Shown in pieces: positions 55,455-64,000 of a stretch of 64,000 nt of DNA. Where the stretch lies: the NCBI GenBank assembly GCA_041664465.1, contig JBAYKP010000004.1, positions 6,876 through 70,875 of the forward strand. The letters are read 5' to 3'. This DNA comes from Minisyncoccota bacterium (lineage in GTDB: Bacteria > Patescibacteriota > Minisyncoccia > Phycocordibacterales > UBA9973). The notes beneath the pieces were generated by a model. The model made no database searches. It was given only the letters and a program-made list of their open reading frames with translations, and had not been told where the DNA came from. The translations under genes and the position numbers were made by a program. Position 1 is the stretch's first letter; every line of letters begins with the position of its first letter.

Positions 55455-56003
55455 ATGGAAACAAATATAAACACACCAAAACAATCGAATTTTGTGAAAG
55501 TATCTATTATCGTTGCTATTGTGGTCGTTATGAATCTGTTCTTTAATTATGCTGTATCTTTGGTTTATAAGGAGCCAGTAATGGATTCTTTTATCAAGCC
55601 TACGCAGGTAGTAGAAGCTATAAAGACTAAAGACCAATGTATCTCTGTCGGAGGTCAGTGGAGCGAGAATGCTTATCCTGATCCAGCTCTCAAAGGTAAA
55701 ACTCAAATAGAAGGTTATTGTAATGAGAATTATACAAAACAGCTCAATTATGATGCTGCTCGCAAAGTATATGAGAAGAAAGTATTTATTACTCTCATAA
55801 CTCTTGGAGTCATATCTCTAATTTCTGGAGGATTCATTGCTATCTCAATCCTCTCTATTGCATTCGCTTGGGGCGGAGTACTCTCACTCATTATTGCCTC
55901 AATGCGTTACTGGTCACAAGCAGATAATTTAGCCAAAGTGGTAATCCTCGCTATTGCTCTCGGAATCTTAATCTGGCTTGCAGTAAAGAAATTTAATAAG
56001 TAA
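55455..56003 (+). CDS. Hypothetical membrane protein (two or three transmembrane helices)
   Basis: METNINTPKQ... with hydrophobic helices. The ORF-track start at 55398 would overlap tsaC. Confidence 0.35.
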   Translation: METNINTPKQSNFVKVSIIVAIVVVMNLFFNYAVSLVYKEPVMDSFIKPTQVVEAIKTKDQCISVGGQWSENAYPDPALKGKTQIEGYCNENYTKQLNYDAARKVYEKKVFITLITLGVISLISGGFIAISILSIAFAWGGVLSLIIASMRYWSQADNLAKVVILAIALGILIWLAVKKFNK

Positions 56004-56025
56004 AAAATAATTTAAGAAAAGAGAA

Positions 56026-58416
56026 ATGCAAAATTACGATCATAAAAAAATTGAAAAAAAGTGGCAAGGAGTGTGGGAGAAAAGTAAAATCTATGAAGCC
56101 AAGACTGGAGGTAAGGGGAAACCATTTTATGGGCTTATAGAATTCCCTTATCCATCAGGTGCTGGGCTTCATGTAGGACATATACGTAGTAATACTGCTA
56201 TGGATATTATTACACGTAAGCGTCGCATGGAAGGCTACAACGTTCTTTATCCAATTGGTTGGGATGCTTTTGGTCTGCCGACTGAGAACTATGCTATAAA
56301 GATGGGGATAGAGCCAGCAAAAGTCACTAAAACTAATACTGATATTTTCCGTAAACAGTTGAAATCTGTCGGTTTTGGATTTGACTGGTCAAGAGAGATA
56401 GACACAACGAATCCAGCTTATTATAAATGGACTCAATGGATATTTTTACAAATGCATAAAAAAGGGCTGGCTTATAAACATAAAACAGAGATAAATTGGT
56501 GCGAGAAATGCAAAATTGGTTTAGCCAATGAAGAAGTTGTAGCAGGAGTTTGTGAACGTTGCGGGGGCTCTGTGATTAAAAAAGAAAAGGAGCAATGGAT
56601 GCTTGCGATTACTAAATATGCAGACAGACTCGATAAAGATTTAGATGATGTAAATTATTTAGAGAAAATAAAAATTCAACAGAGAAATTGGATAGGCAAG
56701 AGTGAGGGAAGCGAAATAGAATTTAAAATTTCATCTAGGCAAGGCCTAGCTGAAAAAATAAAAGTATTCACAACTCGTGCAGATACTATTTTTGGTGCGA
56801 CGTATGTGGTGCTTGCTCCGGAGCATGAGCTAGTCTCAAAGTTAAAGTTACAGATTTCAAATTGGAATGAAGTAGAAAGTTATATTAAAGAAGTTAAAAA
56901 TAAACCAGACATAGAAAGGACAGCGGAAGATAAAGTAAAAACAGGTATAGAATTGAAAGGGGTCAAAGCTATAAATCCTGCAAATGGGGAAGAAGTCCCT
57001 GTCTGGATTGCCGACTATGTACTTGCGACTTATGGGGCAGGGGCGATAATGGCGGTTCCACAACATGACGACAGAGACAGAGAGTTTGCTACTAAGTTTA
57101 ATTTGCCAATAATAGATAAGCCGCTAGTAAATGCTAAAGAAATAACAGATAAAGTCGGAGGGAAAATTGTTACGAAGTATAAATTACGTGATTGGGTTTT
57201 TTCTAGACAGAGGTATTGGGGGGAGCCGATTCCTATAATACATTGTGAAAAGTGTGGCTATGTGCCAGTACCTGAGAAAGACCTTCCTGTATTGTTGCCC
57301 AAGGTTAAGTCTTATACTCCAACTGACAACGGTGAATCTCCACTCGCTATTATTTCTAAATGGGTAAATACAACTTGTCCTAAATGTAAAGGTAAAGCTA
57401 AAAGAGAGACAGATACAATGCCGAACTGGGCAGGATCGTCTTGGTACTTCTTGCGTTATGCAGATCCAAAGAACAAGAAGGAATTTGCCTCTAAAAAGGC
57501 TTTAAAATATTGGATGAAAGAAGGGGTTAATTGGTACAACGGAGGTATGGAACATACAACTCTCCACTTACTTTATTCTCGTTTTTGGCATAAATTCTTG
57601 TATGATTTGAAATTAGTTCCTACATCGGAGCCTTATATGAAGAGGACTTCGCATGGAATGATCTTGGCCGAAGGTGGAGTGAAAATGTCTAAGTCACTAG
57701 GAAATACTGTAGATCCTAAAGATATTGTTACACTTTATGGAGCTGATACTTTGCGTATTTATGAAATGTTTATTGGTCCGTTTGATCAATCTGTTGCATG
57801 GAGTACAGAGAGTATAATCGGTTCACGAAGATTTCTAGATAAGGTCTGGCGTGTTGCACAGCAACTACAGATGAGCACTGATAAGAAATTACAGATCAAC
57901 ACGGATAAAAAATCAGTATCTATCAGTGATTATAATCAGGGTCAATCAGTAAATTTTTCAATAGAAAAATTATTGCATAAAACGATTAAAAAAATAGAAG
58001 AAGATATAGAGTCTATGAGTTTTAACACCGCTATTTCTTCTATGATGATTTTAGTAAATGAAATGGAAAAAGCTACAAATGTAAATGAGAAAGATTTCAA
58101 AATGTTTCTTCAAATTTTAGCTCCATTTGCTCCGCATATTACAGAAGAGATTTGGCAAAATTTGGATGGGAAGAAGTCTATTCACTTAAGTTCTTGGCCC
58201 AAATATGACAAGAATAAGATTATAGATGAAAAAATTATGATAGGGGTTCAAGTAAATGGAAAAGTTCGCACTGAGATCAGTATAGATAAAGATATAGGAG
58301 AAGATGAGGTTAAGAATTTAGTCTTGAAAAATAAGGATATTTTGGTTTGGATAGAAGAGAAGGAGGTTAAACGTGTTATTTATGTGAAGGGGAGAATTGT
58401 GAATATCGTGGTCTAG
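56026..58416 (+). CDS. leuS: Leucyl-tRNA synthetase
   Basis: 796 aa. HIGH motif (PYPSGAGLHVGHIRS), KMSKS (VKMSKSLGN) and the editing/CP1 domain. Confidence 0.93.
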   Translation: MQNYDHKKIEKKWQGVWEKSKIYEAKTGGKGKPFYGLIEFPYPSGAGLHVGHIRSNTAMDIITRKRRMEGYNVLYPIGWDAFGLPTENYAIKMGIEPAKVTKTNTDIFRKQLKSVGFGFDWSREIDTTNPAYYKWTQWIFLQMHKKGLAYKHKTEINWCEKCKIGLANEEVVAGVCERCGGSVIKKEKEQWMLAITKYADRLDKDLDDVNYLEKIKIQQRNWIGKSEGSEIEFKISSRQGLAEKIKVFTTRADTIFGATYVVLAPEHELVSKLKLQISNWNEVESYIKEVKNKPDIERTAEDKVKTGIELKGVKAINPANGEEVPVWIADYVLATYGAGAIMAVPQHDDRDREFATKFNLPIIDKPLVNAKEITDKVGGKIVTKYKLRDWVFSRQRYWGEPIPIIHCEKCGYVPVPEKDLPVLLPKVKSYTPTDNGESPLAIISKWVNTTCPKCKGKAKRETDTMPNWAGSSWYFLRYADPKNKKEFASKKALKYWMKEGVNWYNGGMEHTTLHLLYSRFWHKFLYDLKLVPTSEPYMKRTSHGMILAEGGVKMSKSLGNTVDPKDIVTLYGADTLRIYEMFIGPFDQSVAWSTESIIGSRRFLDKVWRVAQQLQMSTDKKLQINTDKKSVSISDYNQGQSVNFSIEKLLHKTIKKIEEDIESMSFNTAISSMMILVNEMEKATNVNEKDFKMFLQILAPFAPHITEEIWQNLDGKKSIHLSSWPKYDKNKIIDEKIMIGVQVNGKVRTEISIDKDIGEDEVKNLVLKNKDILVWIEEKEVKRVIYVKGRIVNIVV

Positions 58417-58503
58417 TATTATTTACTTTTATTAAGTATAATATAATTATTAATAATTATTACAAGCCGTCTTTGTATAAAACTATGGCGAGCCAAAGAA
58501 AAA

Positions 58504-60846
58504 ATGGAATCAAAAAGAATTGAATTTTTCAACAAGTTATCGTTTATTACATTATTAGCTACTATCTTCGTCTCTTTGTTTTTCTTCATACCTTATGTCC
58601 CTGTGACTCTTGAGGCTAGTAAAGGATTCCTACTTTCTGTAGGGACGACTTTATCTGTCTTTTTTTGGTTGATTGCAAGACTTGGTGAAGGCAAATTCAC
58701 AATTCCTCGCGATAGACTTATCCTTTTTGTTGGAGTTATTCCTCTCATATTTTTAATTGCATCTTTTTTCTCATCTTCTCTCTATATTTCTCTCTTTGGT
58801 AGTGGTTTTGAAATGGGGACTTTCGGTTCAATGCTCGTACTCTTTGTTCTATTTTTTCTCTCATCAATGTATTTCCAAACAGAAAAGCGTTTATGGTATT
58901 TCTTCGGGGCTCTTTTCTTGGGAGGAGTAATTCTTTCAATTTTTGAATTGGTTAATATGTTTGTTGGCTTTGATCGCTTCCTACCGGGACTTTTGCAAGG
59001 TATTTCATCAGGGAATCTTGTCGGTAGTTGGAATAACTTCGCACTACTTTTTGGTCTTTTTATTTTATTGTCTTTATTCACATTAGAATTTTTAAAAACA
59101 AAAGGAGTATTCCTTATCGTTCAATATTTCTTATTAGTGACAGGAATTTTCTTCCTTATAATTATAAATATTCCACTTGTATGGCTTTTGGTCGCTATCT
59201 TTTCAATGGTCATCTTTGTGTATAGTGTTTCTATTCAACATGCAGGAATAAAGATAATTCACGGAGGAGGAGAAAGCAAGAGATTCCCATTTGTGGCTCT
59301 TGTTGTGATGTTTGTAAGTCTTGTCTTCTTGGTAGGTAGCAACTCTTTAGGTGGATTAATATCTAAATATGTTAATCTTTCCAACCCAGAAGTTCGTCCA
59401 TCTATAGTTACGACAGGTCAAATTGCTCTTAAGTCTATAAAGCACAATCCCGCATTTGGTACTGGCCCAAATACTTTCAGCTTAGACTGGGCTCTCTGGC
59501 AACCTAAAGAAATAGCTTCAACCATCTTTTGGAATTCTGATTTTAGTAATGGATATAGTACTCTTTCTACTTTTGTTGTTACTACTGGTATCTTAGGATT
59601 ATTAGCTTGGATTATCTTTTTCATTATTTTCGTAATAAGAGGAATTCAATCTCTTCGTATTGCTCTCAAGGATCCACTGTCCAATTATTTTATTCTGACG
59701 ACCTTTATGGTCTCTTTATATTGTTGGATTACTTTCGTCATATATACACCCAATATTTTAATGTTAATGTTGGCCTTCTCTTCAAGTGGTATCTTGATCG
59801 GAATATTAGTATATAGACAAGTTATAGAAGTTAAACATTTTTCTTTCTTGAATGATCCTAGGAATAGTTTCTTTGCGATTCTTTCTTTGATGGTTCTAAT
59901 GATTGCTACATTATTCGTCTCATATTTATATGTTGAGAAGTTTACTTCTGTCATATATTTTTCTAAAAGTTTAAATGCTGATAACACGATGGAATCTCTC
60001 GTTCATTCTGAGAAAATGCTTGTGAATGCCATTTCACTAGATAAGAATGATATTTATTATCGTACACTTTCTCAAGTATATGTAGCAGAGATTGGAGCTC
60101 TCGTAAATGATAAGAATGTATCACAAGATACACTCAAGTCTAATCTTCAACAGTTAATAAATTTTGCGCAGAATTCTGCATCTATGGCTGTCAGTCAGAA
60201 TCCTAAACAATATTTAAACTATGTCAATTTGGGCAATGTTTATGCTTCGCTCGTAACGTTATCAGTGGACGGTAGTTATGAAAGTGCCGTTAGCTCTTAT
60301 GCTAAAGCACAGGCTCTAGCACCGAACAATCCATCTATCCTCTTAGCCAAGGCTCAATTAGAATTTGCTAAAAAGAATAACGATGAAGCTCGTAAATTGA
60401 TTAGCCAAGCCTTAGACCTCAAGCTCAATTACACTGATGCTTTATTCCTATTAGCTCAGATTGAGACAAGCGAAGGCAATACGGCTGGGGCTATCAAGCA
60501 AGTAGAACGTGCAGCTCAATTAAATCCAAGTGACTCTACAATCTTTTTTCGATTAGGGTTATTGCGTTACAATAATTCTGATTATACTGGAGCAGTTTCT
60601 GCTTTCGAACAAGCAGTCTTGTTAGACAATGGTTACTTGAATGCTAGATATTTCCTAGGATTGTCTTATCAGAAAGTTGGGCGTAATGGTGATGCTCTAA
60701 TTCAATTTAAAATATTAGATAAAGTCTTGCCAAATAATCAAGATGTCAAGAAGGCGATAGATTCTCTCTCCAATGTAGGTGCTACCGTGGCTCCACTTGC
60801 TCCTGTTACTACTAAACCGGTTACTAAAACACCACAAGGACAATAA
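58504..60846 (+). CDS. O-antigen ligase/polymerase-like membrane domain fused to C-terminal TPR repeats
   Basis: 780 aa. About 12 transmembrane helices, including a Wzy_C-like region, then roughly 300 aa of TPR-like repeats (AKAQLEFAKKNNDEA, LLAQIETSEGN, LGLSYQKVGRNGDA). Confidence 0.5.
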   Translation: MESKRIEFFNKLSFITLLATIFVSLFFFIPYVPVTLEASKGFLLSVGTTLSVFFWLIARLGEGKFTIPRDRLILFVGVIPLIFLIASFFSSSLYISLFGSGFEMGTFGSMLVLFVLFFLSSMYFQTEKRLWYFFGALFLGGVILSIFELVNMFVGFDRFLPGLLQGISSGNLVGSWNNFALLFGLFILLSLFTLEFLKTKGVFLIVQYFLLVTGIFFLIIINIPLVWLLVAIFSMVIFVYSVSIQHAGIKIIHGGGESKRFPFVALVVMFVSLVFLVGSNSLGGLISKYVNLSNPEVRPSIVTTGQIALKSIKHNPAFGTGPNTFSLDWALWQPKEIASTIFWNSDFSNGYSTLSTFVVTTGILGLLAWIIFFIIFVIRGIQSLRIALKDPLSNYFILTTFMVSLYCWITFVIYTPNILMLMLAFSSSGILIGILVYRQVIEVKHFSFLNDPRNSFFAILSLMVLMIATLFVSYLYVEKFTSVIYFSKSLNADNTMESLVHSEKMLVNAISLDKNDIYYRTLSQVYVAEIGALVNDKNVSQDTLKSNLQQLINFAQNSASMAVSQNPKQYLNYVNLGNVYASLVTLSVDGSYESAVSSYAKAQALAPNNPSILLAKAQLEFAKKNNDEARKLISQALDLKLNYTDALFLLAQIETSEGNTAGAIKQVERAAQLNPSDSTIFFRLGLLRYNNSDYTGAVSAFEQAVLLDNGYLNARYFLGLSYQKVGRNGDALIQFKILDKVLPNNQDVKKAIDSLSNVGATVAPLAPVTTKPVTKTPQGQ

Positions 60847-60859
60847 TAGTTTCAATTGA

Positions 60860-62542
60860 ATGCCTAAAAAGATTCTGACATTCTTCAATAGGGAATTTAA
60901 TGGGATAAACGAAGCCGCCTTGTTACTTGGTGGCTTCGCTTTCCTTTCCCAAGTATTGGGGCTGATTCGTGATAGAGCACTTGCAAGTATAGTAGGAGCT
61001 GGTCCCACTTTGGACGTTTACTATGCAGCTTTTCGAATTCCTGATTTTATTTATATTTCTATTGCATCCCTTGCTTCGGTGACGGTCCTTCTTCCTTTTT
61101 TGATAAATAAAATGAAAGAGGATAATAATGACAAGGCTCGTCTCTTTCTAAACAATGTTTTTAGCGCTTATATGCTTTTTATGATTACAATCAGCGTAAT
61201 CATTTCTATTCTAATGCCATATATAGCTTCTTATATTGCTCCCGGTTTTGGAGAATCTCAACTAGCCTCACTCGTTACGACTAGTCGCATTATGCTTCTG
61301 TCTCCTATCTTCATTGGCTTATCAAATATGATTGGATCAGTTACGCAATTATTTAGGAACTTTTTTATTTTTTCTTTGTCTCCCATATTTTATAATTTAG
61401 GAATTCTATCAGGTATTATTTTTTTATATCCTATTTTTGGTGTTTATGGATTAGCTTATGGAGTGATTCTTGGCGCTGTTTTGCATTTATTGGTTCAAGT
61501 TCCTATCGTAGTAAGTCATGGATTATTCCCTAGATTAACTTTCAAAATAAAATGGCGAGAAATTTATAACGTTACCAAGTTATCTATTCCTAGGACATTA
61601 GCCTTATCTTGCAATAGTCTGGCTTTCATTGTCCTTATTGCTATGGCTTCCACTTTGAAAGAAGGATCTATATCTTTATTTACATTTTCCTTCAATCTCC
61701 AATCTGTTCCTGTTGGAATTATAGGGATTTCATATTCAGTTGCCGCTTTCCCGATTCTTGTCAGATCATTTTCTTTGAATGATATGAATAATTTCATCAC
61801 TCATATAATAGGAGCAGCCAAGCAAATCATTTTCTGGTCTTTGCCTATTATTGCTCTTATTACTGTTCTGCGTGCGCAGATTGTGCGTGTAGTCTTAGGT
61901 TCCAATGCTTTCTCTTGGTCAGACACTAGACTGACGGCCGCTGCTATTGCTTTATTTATAGTATCTTTGATCACACAGAGTTTAGTTCTTCTTTTTGTCC
62001 GAGGTTATTATGCTGCAGCCAAGACCAAGACCCCTCTTATTGTCAATGTATTCTCTTCTGTTATGGTTATAATCTTTGCTTACGTTACTCTTTTTATATT
62101 TAAAAATTATCCGGGCACTTTACATTCCATTGAATCAATTCTTAGGGTGAAAGATGTCCCAGGGACGATAATGTTAGCTCTGCCGATTGCTTACGCCTTA
62201 GGTTCAATATTGAATTTCTTTTTAATTTGGATTATGTTTAAGCGGGATTTCTTGAAGGGGAGAGGAACTATGCTTTATAAAACATTTTTAGAAAGTTTCT
62301 TAGGCGCCATTACGATGGGACTTTTTGCTTATATTTCATTAAATTTCTTTAGTTACATTTTTGATTTGGATACATTTCTAGGAATTTTCTTGCAAGGTTT
62401 GATCTCGGGACTTATAGGTATCGGGGCTGGTATATTAGTTTTGTATATATTTAAGAATCAAGAATTACTAGATATAGCAAAAGCTCTTAGCCATAAATTA
62501 TCAAATAAGAATATTATCGCCCCAGAGCAGACAGATTTATAG
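60860..62542 (+). CDS. murJ: Lipid II flippase MurJ/MviN
   Basis: 560 aa. The N-terminus ALLLGGFAFLSQVLGLIRDRALASIVGAGPTLDVYYAAFRIPDFIY matches the MurJ consensus, with 14 predicted transmembrane helices. Confidence 0.8.
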   Translation: MPKKILTFFNREFNGINEAALLLGGFAFLSQVLGLIRDRALASIVGAGPTLDVYYAAFRIPDFIYISIASLASVTVLLPFLINKMKEDNNDKARLFLNNVFSAYMLFMITISVIISILMPYIASYIAPGFGESQLASLVTTSRIMLLSPIFIGLSNMIGSVTQLFRNFFIFSLSPIFYNLGILSGIIFLYPIFGVYGLAYGVILGAVLHLLVQVPIVVSHGLFPRLTFKIKWREIYNVTKLSIPRTLALSCNSLAFIVLIAMASTLKEGSISLFTFSFNLQSVPVGIIGISYSVAAFPILVRSFSLNDMNNFITHIIGAAKQIIFWSLPIIALITVLRAQIVRVVLGSNAFSWSDTRLTAAAIALFIVSLITQSLVLLFVRGYYAAAKTKTPLIVNVFSSVMVIIFAYVTLFIFKNYPGTLHSIESILRVKDVPGTIMLALPIAYALGSILNFFLIWIMFKRDFLKGRGTMLYKTFLESFLGAITMGLFAYISLNFFSYIFDLDTFLGIFLQGLISGLIGIGAGILVLYIFKNQELLDIAKALSHKLSNKNIIAPEQTDL

Positions 62543-62583
62543 ACAGCCTTTCATTTTAAGGGTTTTTTTGGTAGGATAAGAGT

Positions 62584-64000
62584 ATGCAGAATATTAAACA
62601 TATCAGGAATTTTTCAATTATTGCTCATATTGATCATGGCAAGAGTACTTTAGCGGATAGAATGCTTGAAGTGACAGGCACAATAGAGAAACGTAAAATG
62701 AAAGATCAGGTACTTGACTCTATGGAGCTTGAAAGAGAGCGGGGTATTACTATTAAAATGCAACCGGTTCGGATGGAGTATATTTTAGATAATGAAAAGT
62801 ATATTTTAAATTTGATTGATACTCCGGGACATATAGATTTCTCTTATGAAGTTTCTCGAGCGCTTAAGGCGGTAGAGGGGTCCATACTTCTCGTAGACGC
62901 TACTCAAGGAGTCCAAGCTCAGACGCTTACGACGCTTCAAATGGCACGTGACCTAGGGCTTGTCATTATCCCAGTAATTTCCAAGATAGATTCACCTTTA
63001 GCTAGAATAGATGAAGTGAAAATGGAAGTTGCCCTTCTTCTAGATATTGATCCAGATATCATTATGATGGTTTCAGGTAGGACCGGAGAAGGTGTCAGAG
63101 AATTACTTTCCGAAATAGTTAAACGTATCCCAGCACCCAAAGAAAATGAAGTGGTAACTTCAAGTGGCCGGGCACTTGTCTTTGATTTCAAATATGACAA
63201 CCATAGAGGAGTTATCGTTTATGTTCGTGTAATAGATGGCGAATTTCAGAAAGGGAGCTCACTTTTATTTGCTGTATCATCCGAGAAATTTATTTCTCTT
63301 GAGGTAGGGACTTTTTCTCCCGAAGAAGAAAGTAAAGAAAAAATAGGAACAGGCGAGATTGGCTATATCGTCACAGGAATTAAAAAGCCAGGGATTGCTT
63401 CTGTTGGAGATACTATAACGTATTTGAAAAAGCCAATGCCGGCTCTATCGGGGTATATGAATCCCAAGCCAGTTGTCTGGGCTTCTGTCTATCCTGAGAG
63501 TCAGGATGATTTCCCTAATTTAAAACAAGCCTTGGGGCGTCTACGTCTTTCTGATTCTTCTTTTTCTTACGAAGAAGAATCTTCAGGATCTTTAGGTAGA
63601 GGATACCGGTGTGGATTCCTGGGAATGCTCCATCTTGAAATAATCGCTGAGAGATTAAATAGAGAGTTTGATTTAGAACTGATAGTAACGATGCCATCCA
63701 TAACATATAAAGTAGTTCTACGTAATGGAAAAGAGGATACTATTTATTCTCCTCATCTTTTTCCTGATGATGGTAATATCATAAAGGTTTTTGAGCCGTG
63801 GGTAAATGTGAAAATTATTACTCCATCTATATATACGAGCTACCTGATGCCATTTTTATATGACCATGAGGGAGTTATCAAAACAACAGAAAATTTTGGA
63901 GATAATAGATCCTCCATTGATTTAGAAATGCCCCTTCGCGAGCTCATGAGAAATTTCTTTGATGATATGAAAAGTCTTACTTCTGGGTACGCCTCTATTT
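62584..64000 (+). CDS. lepA: Elongation factor 4 (LepA), N-terminal part; continues beyond the window
   Basis: MQNIKHIRNFSIIAHIDHGKSTLADRMLE...DTPGHIDF. The GTPase domain is present and the ORF runs off the window end. Confidence 0.9.
   Translation, partial: MQNIKHIRNFSIIAHIDHGKSTLADRMLEVTGTIEKRKMKDQVLDSMELERERGITIKMQPVRMEYILDNEKYILNLIDTPGHIDFSYEVSRALKAVEGSILLVDATQGVQAQTLTTLQMARDLGLVIIPVISKIDSPLARIDEVKMEVALLLDIDPDIIMMVSGRTGEGVRELLSEIVKRIPAPKENEVVTSSGRALVFDFKYDNHRGVIVYVRVIDGEFQKGSSLLFAVSSEKFISLEVGTFSPEEESKEKIGTGEIGYIVTGIKKPGIASVGDTITYLKKPMPALSGYMNPKPVVWASVYPESQDDFPNLKQALGRLRLSDSSFSYEEESSGSLGRGYRCGFLGMLHLEIIAERLNREFDLELIVTMPSITYKVVLRNGKEDTIYSPHLFPDDGNIIKVFEPWVNVKIITPSIYTSYLMPFLYDHEGVIKTTENFGDNRSSIDLEMPLRELMRNFFDDMKSLTSGYASI

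Noticed and set aside
1-64000. Searched for CRISPR arrays, integrases or transposases, prophage blocks and rRNA genes.
   Set aside because: There are no regularly spaced direct repeats with unique spacers. No recombinase or transposase-like ORFs are present. There are no phage structural genes and no rRNA-like conserved stretches. The repeats present are palindromic hairpin elements, not CRISPR.

Overview
This 64 kb window is low-GC and gene-dense and looks like a housekeeping stretch of a small-genome bacterium. Several traits suggest a Candidate Phyla Radiation (Patescibacteria)-like origin: no obvious Shine-Dalgarno sequences, many leaderless-type promoters, a lamin-tail-domain/PKD surface protein, an O-antigen-ligase-TPR fusion, a short uvrC, and VirD4-like soluble ATPases. 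The standard genetic code is in use, with TGA as a stop at uvrB.

Genes recognised from the translations: rpoB (C-terminal part), rpoC, dnaG and rpoD as one block; a DsbA-like gene plus a processive GT2 synthase plus a membrane thioredoxin-like gene; tsf and rpsB; proS; mreB, mreC and tgt; a contiguous uvrB, uvrA and uvrC with a DUF559 nuclease upstream; ddl; a soluble histidine kinase; a gpsA-like gene; engB; an NRAMP transporter; cutA; murA fused to an N-terminal HTH, divergent from murB; alr; rpmG (below the ORF-track size cutoff); miaA; ychF; tsaC; leuS; murJ; and the start of lepA. Three tRNAs are clear (Thr-UGU, Ala-UGC, Leu-CAA), and there is one atypical tRNA-like gene.

The most unusual signals are these:
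1. A family of roughly 95-105 bp multi-hairpin palindromic elements. Three copies are intergenic and one sits in-frame inside uvrB as a 37-codon insertion.
2. A 34-bp perfect palindrome present twice, at the 5' end of uvrC and inside miaA, encoding the same peptide on either strand.
3. A candidate HTH-Panacea antitoxin with an overlapping RelE/ParE-like toxin, a possible PanAT-type toxin-antitoxin pair.
4. Two tandem paralogous cysteine-rich proteins (about 556 and 558 aa) with zinc-ribbon-like modules at both ends.
5. Two paralogous soluble VirD4/TraD-like P-loop ATPases. One carries a C-terminal zinc ribbon and a long disordered tail.
6. Recurrent sigma70-like promoters whose -10 box sits 6-8 nt before the ATG, implying leaderless mRNAs.
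7. An rpoD with a roughly 70-aa lysine-rich N-terminal extension.
8. A GC-rich structured element downstream of rpmG that has mutually exclusive pairing options.

All calls rest on reading the translations and the DNA by eye. No database searches were run.
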